Source: Schmidtea polychroa (Eukaryota). From it: DNA of 64,000 nt. The DNA is taken from positions 135,408,001 to 135,472,000 of the forward strand of contig CM097886.1 of NCBI GenBank assembly GCA_044892525.1, given 5' to 3'. Below the pieces are notes generated by a model that searched no databases, had not been told where the DNA came from, and saw nothing but the letters and a program-made list of their open reading frames with translations. Shown here piece after piece: positions 10,601 to 20,502 of the stretch. Positions within the stretch are counted from its first letter, which is position 1, and each line of letters begins with the position of its first letter. A program made the position numbers and the translations under genes.

Positions 10601-12018
10601 AAATTTCGTAAGTAGAGCATCTTTTTCCTTGTAAATGCCCTAATCGGTTCCAGGACCGCAAAATTCAAACATAATTATTTTATAAATTATAAAAATACAA
10701 CAAAACCCCCTCTCCCCTATTTTGTTAACTTTATTTATACTAAATAGATTTTATATAATGCATATATATTGTTGAGGATACCTAAAGAGCAAATATTATA
10801 ATTAATAAGTAAATTGCCTTGGTGCGAGATCTTCATGACAAACGGGACCATCTATGAGAACTCAGAGAAGAAAACGGAAGTAAAAAGAAATGAAAAATGA
10901 GAAAGATAAATCAAATAAAAGAAAACAAGCAAGAAATTAAAACAAAGGTTATTAAGAAGTTAATTAAGAAGGCCAAACGAAGGAGGAATTTCAAATTCTA
11001 GAAAAACAAAAACATGGAGAAAAGCCGTATCTTCACAGCTTGTCAAAGATATCGAAATGACAGGAAAAGTCGACATAACACAAATAGGGAAAACAGGGCA
11101 TATCTCGACGTCTGTCAGAGATAAAATGGGAACAGAAGGGAAATGCGGGAGAAAGAGAAGTGGGAAGCATTAGATTATCTCTAGTGTCACAAATGAAACA
11201 AGCTATATAAAGAGGAGAAAGAAAGGCAGAGAAAGATACACAAAAATCAGACGAAATATCAGACGAAAATATATTGGATAACGAAACGGAAAACGAGGCA
11301 AGAGTCAACTGAAAAAAATAAAACTAACGGAGAAATTTTGGGAGAAATTTATAGAACTCACTGAGACGATTATTTATTGGAAAACGATTTGTTGAAGAAT
11401 AATTGTTAAAGAATAATTGTGAAGAACAACTGTTGGTGAAGATTTTTAGAAAAGAATTATTTGAGAAATAAACGAAAAGAAGTTATTGGAATATTTGAAT
11501 AAAGTGGTCGAAGGTTAAAGAAAACAACCAACTAAAAGTCCCAGTCGATAAACCAGTCAGTAGTTATTGATCTTTCAATCCGGTGTTGTACACGAGTGCA
11601 ATTCCTCACTTAGTTTTGCAATAAACATTGTATAGTCACCGAGCAGAGTGTTGAATTGATTGTCACTGTCAGTGAAATTTATTTGTGATTATCAATAAAG
11701 ATTTCTGTTGTCAAGTGTTATTAATGGGTCATTCAAAGACTCACTTGGAGTCAGAGTAACCATTTTAACTTTACAAATATCATCACCAATCTAATAACCC
11801 AACAATATTATCAAATAATTTAAGGATAATGAAAATGTGATAAAATAATTCATCGGCTGAAATAAGAATAAATAAAAATAAATAATAAAACCACTTTGAA
11901 TATTTTTTCTGAAAAATTAAGAAACGAGTGTTATTTTTTATTTGATATTAAGATTGAAGAGTACAAAGATGTAATTTGTTTTCTGCAACTTGTTCTTGAT
12001 CTCGAATGGTATGATTAA
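1524..12018 (+). CDS. PREP: prolyl oligopeptidase (S9A), 3' portion, six exons: 1524-1607, 1657-1770, 1820-2085, 8384-8581, 8623-8833, 11953-12018
   Basis: GT-AG introns with consistent phases give one frame containing [34 protein letters not shown] (catalytic Ser), DHDDRVVP (Asp), SGHGAGKPT (His) and C-terminal [21 protein letters not shown]. Upstream exons were not resolved. Confidence 0.93.
1657..1770 (+). CDS. PREP: PREP exon (...[21 protein letters not shown])
   Basis: gaag|GTT acceptor, AGA|gtgagt donor; preceded by a 49-nt intron. Confidence 0.9.
1820..2085 (+). CDS. PREP: PREP exon (LYGYGGF...NIRGGGEYG...EGYTKPEK)
   Basis: Strong S9A motifs; phase-2 donor AA|gtaat joins exon 8384. 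Confidence 0.93.
2483..3499 (-). mobile_element. internally deleted Charlie/GTF2IRD2-type hAT
   Basis: Termini CAAGGGTCTCAAAC / CAGGCGCCTCAAAC(rc); transposase C-terminal remnant ~2750-3073 (QMELV.FQCD..LK); TSD not conserved. Confidence 0.7.
3645..3815 (-). repeat. 3' LTR
   Basis: Direct repeat of 7424-7594; PPT AGGTGGAGGGCTA lies adjacent (3816-3828, minus strand). Confidence 0.95.
3798..5099 (-). CDS. integrase (HHCC zinc finger + DDE core), open frame
   Basis: HNLCHPG...CEKC; IHIDIV; [18 protein letters not shown]; GPF module. Confidence 0.9.
   Translation of the reverse strand: MVYINTMKDPSNRQWRWIQFINEFDAKIIHIKGKDNIVADFLSRQPNSDNNTLNIVETVPMTKNEIINQQRQQSFAQTLKPNHSFKISIDDDGILVDMSTGSPRIILPEPFQFREFQRLHNLCHPGANGTIKLISSKYAWPCMRAQIREWCRMCEKCQRNKVTRHTKSSLKELPEAEKFKVIHIDIVDPLPSVNNKRFMLTIIDRHTSWPEAIPISDITSSLVTKTVENEWIARYGAPEIMITKNGKQFISSTFREFCEKHNIDHRHTTPYHPQCNGKVERFHRTLKTALRTHSEDANRNWANDLPLVLLGLRNVVSEDNNQSPSQAVFGINGKLPGDTTIKRTRKQNWKTFFPQDLRTCTHVWLKVETRTTLRPMYDGPFQIISRSPDLKTFEIQLPTRNLRVSVDKLKPAYIPTNNKSLLDLGGGLCSQTN
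5100..6666 (-). pseudogene. pol: pol protease-RT-RNase H, disrupted
   Basis: LIDSGAD protease, WASPL, YIDD, TDASDIG, ELLA motifs; stops at ~6343, ~5500 and ~5187; frameshifts at ~6135 and ~5600. Confidence 0.9.
6666..7448 (-). CDS. gag: Gag with C-x2-H-x9-C-x3-C knuckle
   Basis: IPTFF...WFQQV; KPSQLLREL; [18 protein letters not shown]. Confidence 0.9.
   Translation of the reverse strand: MQINVEDNIGVRSVAQESSHIQMKIPTFFDNVAVWFQQVDAALELASIRNGKTKYFHLLTSLPSRVLEEYSDLMDPHILQPYSALKEAIINDSKRSTTEAANKLLQKQELGDRKPSQLLRELKRNNKIMEPNGDPETSKILRHQFINSMPVHIQYLLISSNVGIDELANIANLHVSINDQHISPVGSQNIAGNFHQLAIENLQDQINAIRANESSTRKERHSSEETICYFHRRFGIKARKCQKPCCWSDSVKSGKGQGSR
7409..7422 (-). promoter_or_regulatory. primer-binding site, tRNA-Leu
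   Basis: TGGTGTCAGAAGTG is complementary to the tRNA-Leu 3' end (...CACTTCTGACACCA). Confidence 0.85.
7424..7594 (-). repeat. 5' LTR
   Basis: Direct repeat of 3645-3815; PBS adjacent. Confidence 0.95.
8384..8581 (+). CDS. PREP: PREP exon with catalytic Ser (GGSNGG)
   Basis: cag|A acceptor, AA|gtact donor; [16 protein letters not shown]...[14 protein letters not shown]. Confidence 0.95.
8623..8833 (+). CDS. PREP: PREP exon with catalytic Asp and His
   Basis: Follows a 41-nt intron; YSPLHNI...ADHDDRVVP...[10 protein letters not shown]. Confidence 0.95.
9489..9550 (+). repeat. ~62-bp copy of the subterminal segment 2567-2627 of the Charlie-type hAT
   Basis: AAAATAAATACTCGAGAATGTATCATAATTGCAATTTATTAGAAATAGGAAAAA occurs at both sites. 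Confidence 0.8.
9570..10510 (-). pseudogene. decayed DNA-transposase N-terminus, tentatively Zator-like
   Basis: [21 protein letters not shown]...[13 protein letters not shown], with stops; resemblance recalled, not searched. Confidence 0.4.
10770..11804 (+). mobile_element. solo LTR, ~1035 bp, in PREP last intron
   Basis: TGTTGAG...CCCAACA termini; 4-bp TSD ATAT; AATAAA signals near the 3' end; no internal retroelement genes. Confidence 0.7.
11953..12018 (+). CDS. PREP: PREP terminal coding exon
   Basis: taag|ATT GAA GAG; [21 protein letters not shown] fits the PREP C-terminal helix (IEE..D...F....L...W). Confidence 0.8.
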   Translation: MEEYKDVICFLQLVLDLEWYD

Positions 12019-13625
12019 AAACTACTTTTATCTGAGATGCATTCGAGTGCCTTAAGCACAATAGAATTTTTCAATGTTTCTGTTTTGGTAACAAATAAAT
12101 TTCACGCGTAAGGATTTGTTTTGTTTTTGTTTTTGTAAATCGAATATTTTAACAATTTTGATATATTTTTATATTTTGTAAGTTTTAAAAAATAATATGC
12201 GTAAGTTTTCCTATGTAAGTTTTCCTTTAATTAATCCGAACGGATTACACGGATCTTAATTTTACATCTAGTAAATACTTTCATTCCTTTCATTATTCAT
12301 TAAGTGTTCTCTAAATTTTATCATTTTTGATAATAATCAATAATTTGAAAATATTTTCACAGTTGATCCTTATAAATATTTTTGGTTTTATAGTATAAAT
12401 TATAGTGTTCATATTTTTAACATGAAGTTGACTACATCACAAGAAGTCACTACAAAAATTTTAAAATGTACAGTTCTTCTGAACAAACTTTTGAAAATAT
12501 ACAATTAATCACATTTACTTAGAATAATTTTAATACATTTTTTAAATAAAAAAAATTAATGAAATTCATTAACTTTATACTTAACTCAACACATAAACAT
12601 CCCTAATAACAAAAATATCCTTTGAACTGTTTTACATGTAGTCTTACAGTTATTGATTAATGTTTAAATGGAATGTGTTTGAGTAAATTATTAGAAATAA
12701 TTGTTGAAAGCACTTTTATAGATTAATTTTGATGATTAATTGTTTTAGATCAATTTTGTCTATGAATAACAAACTGAAATAAATTAAAGATGTTGGATAA
12801 AGGGATAATCCCAAAAATAGTGATAATTAAAATTTGCACTTTTAAAACAGAAATTTCATATATAAGCAGACTGATTTCTTAGTTAAATCACCATAAAATA
12901 AAAACTTTAAAAAGAATTGCAAATTCAGAAATTGATATTGCAATATAATTTAGAGTATACAAAAATTACAAAAAAAATTACAAAAATTACATAGCAAGTA
13001 GAGATATACAAAGGGAACATAATAAGAAAGATTAAATAAAACAATTATATAATTTATTTAAAAGGTGATTTTTATTTTTTGTATATAACTGTTATTGATA
13101 AATAAAATCTTTGAACCAGTGTTTATGTTCTTATTTGTATAGGAATCATCAAGTTGAGATTTGAGAAACTTAACAGTTATTATTTTTAATACTAAAAAGT
13201 TGATAATTTTTCTCCTTATTCTTATTTGGGTATCTTTCATTGTGGTAACTTCGCATTTATACACCCCTTATGCTTTAACATTTTAGTCTTTAAAATATCT
13301 TTTGAAATAAATCATCTTTAAATCTTTTTATAATAGAGTCAAGGTTTCTTGAATACAACGAATGTGGTACATCGTAATTTGACGTGTTTAATAATTTATC
13401 ACTACTGATGTTGGACTTGAGCCTAAAAAATAAGAGTTTGTTTTAATAATTTTGGATATACATAGCACTATGATTATACATCAAATAATGCAGAGTAAAG
13501 CACACAGCACGTTGAGGATAAACACGTATCAGAAAAATTATAAAACGCCAATCAAGCATTCTTTTCACGATATATTTCGATAGTTTTCTTGTTATCATCA
13601 GGTAGAATATAATAACTATATTAAT

Positions 13626-16600
13626 TGTTGGGCCAAGCTTCGAGAGTATTGCAAAACAGGTTAAGGATGAATAAAGGGGATAAAACAAATTTCACGAAAA
13701 GCGCGAAAAATAAAAGAACAAATAAAATTAGATAAACATAACAGAAATAAAGGGAATAAAAATAACTAATGAAAATTATAAAAGACGAAAAATAAGATGA
13801 AAAAAGAAAAATAACGCACCACACATAATAGCAGAAGGGAATAAAATAATAAATTTAAAGAAAATAAACCAGAAATTAGGAAATAAAATAAATAAATCAA
13901 ATAAATACATAAACTAATTAAAACAAAAATTATACTATAACCAAAAAACAATAAAGTCACAGGAAAAACAGGAGGGAAATAATAAAAAAATAGAAAAATA
14001 AATAAAATTATAATGAAAAATAAGAAAAAGTCATTAAAATATACCTTATTACATTAAAAACATAAAAATAACAATAAATAATAATATTACACGCAAGTCG
14101 CGTCCTGATTGGACGGAAAATAATATAAAAGAAATGGAAAATATCTGTAGAGTACCATTTAACCAAACTGCTCTACAGGTAAAAAATATTTTTTGAATTG
14201 ACCATTTAACCAAACTGCTCTACAAATTAGGATCTACGAATCACACAGGAACCACTTAGCAAACTTCATCGAACAGATTTACAGGGACTATACTTAAGGA
14301 AAATTATTCATACAGCGATCGAGATTTCTGCAGAATATTAGTACATTTAACTTGGAAGAGAAAATCTAGACCTAAATTTTCAATACTCTCGAAGGAAACT
14401 TATCGTAAGTGGGATGAAAATTTTGATTTATGATTGATTTATATAAAAATGATTGAATAAAATACTTTATTTTTAATAAAAATTTATGATTACGAAGATA
14501 TTATCTCTCTCCATGCGGCTGGCGACGATGTCGTCTGGAAATCGAACATGATGCGGAGATGTGAATAAATTTTCTAGGAGATACTCGTAGACGAGCGATG
14601 AAAGTAAAGACATCGAATTGAGAATTTGAATGAATTAGATCTCACTGGGAATGGAAAATGAAAGGTACGATGAGTATTCCGACGTTTTACCATGTTCGAA
14701 ATTCAGGCGGCGTGGTCGCCGGTTAAGTAATTATGTTATATAATAGTAATATCCCAATAATATTGAGTTGTCTGATGAATTATACTATTTAATTTTGATG
14801 ATTATTTTTGAAGATGATAGAGATGTGATGAGATGGAATTGTCCTTCCTGACGGTCCAAGAATGGCGGCAGCGATGCATGCTGTTCTTGGGTGAGCCAGG
14901 AGGGGTGAGGATATCTGGTGAATGGCGGAATGTGGTTGTAGGAACCGATCTTTTCATCGAGTGCGATCCACTTTTGAAATCGTCGAAAATATTTCCAGTA
15001 TAACGAGTTACGGCCATTAAAGCTTAGGTGGAGGAACAATCCATAAAGAAAATGCATAAAATTGGTAAATTCATAAAATATAGACATTATATCAAATTTT
15101 CCTTTTTTCCGTCTCGTGATTGAAAATGAGCCATGATTTGAACTTGTCTTCGAATCGTGTCGAAATATCCAACCGACAGAGATCTGTATTCGCGCGATGT
15201 CATCGATAAAATTTCATGGAAAATTGGTGAAGCCTTAGCCTTATAAGGTGTGAATCACTAGGATATTGGCGATGAAACCCATCTATGATGCACTTTTGGA
15301 CGGAATAATCAACTCTTGTACTGCTGATAAGCTTTAATTTTCTGAAAATAAAGTAAACAACTCCCGAGGAATTATCAGAGTATGAAGGACACTGCTGTCA
15401 GAGTTATCAACTCAATGTTGAACGAAGCCCAGTCAGTTTTTGAGTAATCGAATGAGACGACCAACAAAAATCCACTACGCGAGATAAGGTGATAATTTCT
15501 GAATTGATTCATTAGTGGGCGTAACGACAGGAGTGCCCGAGCCCGCGACACGATAACAGACGAATCGGCAGTCCCAACTTATTGATAATCTTCTACATCT
15601 ATCATTTTCCATCTACGACAATTACCCACAGACACTATCGTAGGGAAATTCTGAGTGACTCCGTCTTGAACATGCATGCAATTTTACACTCAACGATGAG
15701 ATTTCTTCCAGTAGGGCGACATAAAATTCGAACAGAGATGTGTGTGATATCATCAGGATTGCGTAAGAATAGGGAATGTCACCGGAGATGTAGGGCTGTG
15801 TGTAAGAGTAGAATAATGGACCGCATCATCGTGGAGCAGTACGGTATTGACTCTGCTAGACTAGGATAGGCGAATAGTTACTCATACCAATCACAAATTT
15901 AGACACACCAACTCACCTAGTAGGGATGAATAATGATATGATAATTCACACAGATAGGCGTCGTCATGACGACGATTTCCCGTGCATATTTAAAAATCAT
16001 TTTATTTAAATTTGGATTACGCTTTTCCATAATATATTTTCGAGTATAAGCGTTGAAGTGAAATAATTTCGCCCAATTAGTATGCACGATACCGAAGTTA
16101 GAAGTGGGATTAATTAAACTGATGTGTTAAGGCCAGGTTTAAAAAGTTAAAGCTATAAAGCGACGAAATGAGATAAATATCGATAAAAATTCAGAATTTG
16201 AAATCTGAGATGTTAAAATTCATCGTTGTAATTGAATCATCTACAAATCCTCTTCGTTTCAGATAATTTGACTTAGCGCAACGCCGGGGAACTTAGGTTA
16301 CCTCCGATTTTTAACTGACCTAAACCCCGTAAAATCGCCCAAAAGGAGTAGCAGGATATGATTGATTGTAAAAGAGGGACGCTTTAATGTATATGATATA
16401 ATTTTGTTCTATATATATAAAACGAACGGCCACCATATTTTCAAGTACACAATAATGCAAATTAGCGGCTACATGATAAAGGTAAATTCCCCACCCGAAG
16501 ATAAATTTGACCCTTTCACCCACGAATGAGTTGATGTGAGGCGTTCCGTTTCTTTTCTCCGAAAAACCGCTGCATGAATGTATTAGTTCGGATGTTTGGG

Positions 16601-18031
16601 GTTGAATGGATCGCGGCACGATCACTGGTACGTACGCGTGAGATTAGCTTTGATGTTTTTGTCTTTATGCGAGATTGATGGAATAAACTTCATGTCGTAA
16701 GAGTGTCACTGAAAATTTCATAATGCCTGATGTGCGAGAATAAATGACCACTCCAACCAAGCCCGGAAATACCCTTCGACCTTGTTTTTCCTGTGCCGAT
16801 AAAAATGCAGATATCGCACAGCTGCACTTATACATCGGGGAATTAAAGAAGAGAATTGACCTATACGAAGGAACGCGGTTCTCCCCGCCACAAATGAAGG
16901 AAGAGAAGAGCAAAATTCTACGTTCGGAGCACTGCCGTGACAGTCTCCTAGAGGAGAGCAGATGCCAGAGGCTAACCATAAAAGCCCAATCAGAGGCACT
17001 GCACAAAGTATATTCTGAATCCGAGATAGCGAAGCGAGTTCGCGAATATCCAATTCAAGATGGGACTAACGTGTTCCCAGGACACCATCAATCCGCGGAA
17101 ACCTCATCAACAACCAGTTGCAAGGGGCACGGCCTACAACTACCACCAATTCCCGCCCCAGTCCTTTCTGGTTATCGGCCTATGGCTGGCGGTCCATCGG
17201 ACCCTATCTTGGCTCCAGTCCTCGTGTCGCCACTCACTCAGCCTCCAGCAGAAGCCACATTTCCACATCGAAAGCGTAAGAGACAGACGCGCTCAGAGAA
17301 AAATCAGAAGCGCAGAAACGCCATGGCCGCGCTCGAAGCATCGTTATCCGCAGCCAAGTCGACTATCAATGAAATTACAAGCACCCATTCCATCCCTACG
17401 AAAGAAGTATTTCGGGTAGTTCCGGCCGACAGCATCAAATTCCTCGAAGATCGACATTGACGAAATGGTCGCAGAAGGAGAAGTGTTTTCGTAACGAACC
17501 TTTCCCATTGGCCTCAATTTTCCGTGCAGTATGAAGGAACTCGAAGAAGTTGACGTTATCCTGTACATGACCTTTGATGTTTTGTTCTTATTTAATAAAT
17601 GGTGAATGTATCTTTATGTTTCGCTTTAATACCACTGTTCGAATTCTTTGATTTTGTCCATAGTATGTGTGGTTTGCTGTAGTTGATTTGAGTAAAAGAT
17701 GCTCCTGGAGACATAGTACGAGCTTAAACGTCGTCCCTTTGGACCAGGGTCGGACGGAATTATGGGTGAAGAAGCGGGTAAGACCTTCTAAGGCACCATG
17801 GAACCCGAACCGAGAAAGGGTTAGGAGTAGTCCTAAGGCCGGGGCTCACCTGCTAACCTTTTCCGACCCGTGTAAGCAGCACCAACGTGGAACATCACCA
17901 CGGGCTCATACGTGGGAATATGTATTTGATCATTTGGAGTATGTATGGGAAGTGGCTGAGCGGAAAATAGTACTTGGTATGTACAATGATCATGTGGGCA
18001 TATCTTTTCTCTTTCCCTACATACCCCAACA
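13626..18031 (+). mobile_element. giant (4406 bp) solo-LTR-like element, copy A
   Basis: TGTTGGG...CCCAACA termini; 4-bp TSD TAAT; colinear homology blocks with 43972-49539 (reverse complement). Confidence 0.75.
16744..17494 (+). CDS. unknown ~250-aa protein inside element A; small frameshifting deletion near the C-terminus
   Basis: Homolog of 44503-45264 with mostly synonymous differences. The frame stops at 17460, but the homologous tail IDIDEMVAEGEVFS* continues in another frame to 17494. Confidence 0.8.
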
Positions 18032-18439
18032 TAATTAAGGATTTCAAACAAATTTATTATTTATATAAAAAAATTTTCATTCTTTTTTTAAAATCATAGT
18101 TAAAATAATATATTATTTTTAAAATTTTAACATTTAGAATTTAATTTAATAATTTATTAATTATTTAATTTAAAAACAACAATAAAACATACCATTTATA
18201 TAAAATTATTTAAAAACATTTAAAATACAAGTATTAATTGCATTCTGCACATTAATTTTGAAAATAACTACAAACTCGCGGATTTTGGATGGTAAGAGAA
18301 TGCGTGGGTGGACATTACAAGTTGGCATAAATAGCAAACAAATTTTCATTTTTTAACTTGTTAAATTTAATGCTCTCGGTTTTTTCGGATCTACAGAATT
18401 TATGCTCGTTGCATGAATTATTTCTTTAATTTCGTGAAT

Positions 18440-18576
18440 NNNNNNNNNNNNNNNNNNNNNNNNNNNNNNNNNNNNNNNNNNNNNNNNNNNNNNNNNNNNN
18501 NNNNNNNNNNNNNNNNNNNNNNNNNNNNNNNNNNNNNNNNNNNNNNNNNNNNNNNNNNNNNNNNNNNNNNNNNNNN
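18440..18576. other. assembly gap (N run)
   Basis: N characters. Confidence 1.
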
Positions 18577-19450
18577 ATTAAATTTAAATGAAATTTAGGC
18601 TAATAATTCAAATAGAAAGTAAGTGTAGAAAAAGGACAAATAAAAGCGTGATCATGCACAGAATTGATAGTAAAGGAAAGTATGATTGAAGCAGTATCAG
18701 GAAATGGCAAAAGCAGTTGCGAAAGGCAAGAATCCGGAAATCCGAGAAAAATCAATAAATTGTGAAATCATCGAAATCGAATTGGGATAACGGGACAGGT
18801 ATAGATTAGCTAACAAGATGATGATTAGGGATTTATCAGAAAATGGTTTGAAAAGGTCGAAAAGCATTCGAATGTGTTAAAAAAGAAAACGTTAATTAGT
18901 TAATTAATTGGCTAATGGAAAAACCGAGCTAATGGGAAACCCGAGCCAATGAAAAATCAGAGAGATGAAGGAAACCCGAGCTGGATAAACAAAGGGAAAA
19001 GTAAATAGAAGGAAGATTTGGGTCCATTAGTGTGCACAATGAATAATTGGAAAAGAACATGGAGAAGATAGTGCGTGCAGAAAGACCGGACGGGCCATTT
19101 ATTATCTTTGTTCGTATGACCATTATGGGTGACAGCCGAAGCAGATATCTGGAAACGAAAGTCAAGTGAGAGATTGGCTCGGCAATAACCATTTGTCATC
19201 CCGATTTCGAAGAGTATATAAGGAATGGGGAAATCAGAGCAAATCGGCATTTAGACTCAGCCAGGGTTAGAAGAACAAAGTAAAAAAAACAAGTAAAAAC
19301 GAATTAAGGAGAGTAAGGAAAAGAAGATATAGAATAAGATGTAACTTTCGCATGTAACTTTATTTCATTCATTCATTAATCGAATTGTGATGAAAACTGT
19401 TTTCAAATTTAAGGATGAAACAAACATTTTAATTTATTTTAAGTTATTTC

Positions 19451-19508
19451 ATGACTTCATAATGACTTCAAAATGACTTCATATAATGACTTCATATAAT
19501 GACTTCAT
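19451..19508 (+). repeat. five tandem ATGACTTCA(T) units
   Basis: Visible 11-13-nt period repeat. Confidence 0.8.
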
Positions 19509-20320
19509 TAGAAGTTCAGGCAATTGTATTATTATTATTATTAATATTTGTATTTGGATTATTGGTACTAGTGATACGAATATTATTTAAAGTGGGTATA
19601 TTATTTTTTTAAAAAATCAAACAGATTTCTTTAGACGAATTATATTGAGTTGAATTATGTAGATGTTGTTAATAAAAGTCAAAGTAATTTCATTAAGACG
19701 TTCTTTAGTCAAGATGATATAGTGGAAGGTTGTGGAAAATTGACGAAATTATATTAAAGAAAGTTGAGTTCTCAAAACCTAATAATGACGTTCATGATAA
19801 GACTATGGAAACCTTACAAAAGGTTTACGAACGTGATGAAATGAAAATTCAATGGAAAAGTTCAACGAAATTATTAATAGATAGTAAGGTATTGAATATT
19901 TTGGTCGTTATTGTGAATCAGAGTTTATCCAACAAGATATTTTGACCTCATCTGAAAGTCTCATCTGAAATTTCAAAATGGTAAACCTCAACAAATTGTT
20001 GACAGAAGTGATAAACATCCATTAACATTTTTCAAGTGTAAATCTTCAATTTTGAATATGAAATCAATGATTTAAAAATTCAATCAATTACAGTTACTCC
20101 TGATATTGAATCAAATTTTAAGTTAAACGATTTATCAAACTATATGTATTGTACTGATACAAATATGCCCATACAAATGAGAAGGTTGTGTTGAGAGACA
20201 GAAAAACTATACCAAACGGTTTTTGCGAAAAAAGTTGAGAAAAGATCACATCTCATCAATTGTGGATAAATATTAGATGTTTAGGATTAAAATATTTTTT
20301 TTACGGATGTCTAACAATAA

Positions 20321-20502
20321 AATAAGATAAACATTACAAGCTTTGTGATATTCAGTGAAAATCCCAATAGTAGACTAGTTTCGAGCTTTTGGCTCTCATC
20401 TTCGCGTTTCCTGCATAGTACTGATTAGAGCCTAAAGCTCGAAACTTGTCTACTATTGGGATTTGCACTGGGTATCACAAAGCTTGTAATGTTTATCTTA
20501 TT
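20321..20502. repeat. foldback/MITE-like inverted repeat: 76-bp arms, 30-nt loop
   Basis: 20321-20396 vs reverse complement of 20427-20502; about 5 mismatches by eye. Confidence 0.85.

Noticed and set aside
10562-10660. Tigger/pogo-like terminus TACAGTGGTA...
   Set aside because: Only one putative end was found, with no matching TIR or TSD; too weak to call.
13058-13960. Hydrophobic Phe/Leu/Ile-rich minus-strand ORFs suggesting membrane proteins (also 49343-49579)
   Set aside because: Artefacts of the A-rich/T-rich tract at the start of the giant LTR-like elements.
18413-18598. ORFs spanning N runs (also 26896-27194 and 63622-63917)
   Set aside because: Open only because the gaps contain no stop codons.
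18579-19340. Purine-rich segment resembling another LTR fragment
   Set aside because: Begins at an assembly gap; no termini, TSD or second copy in the window.
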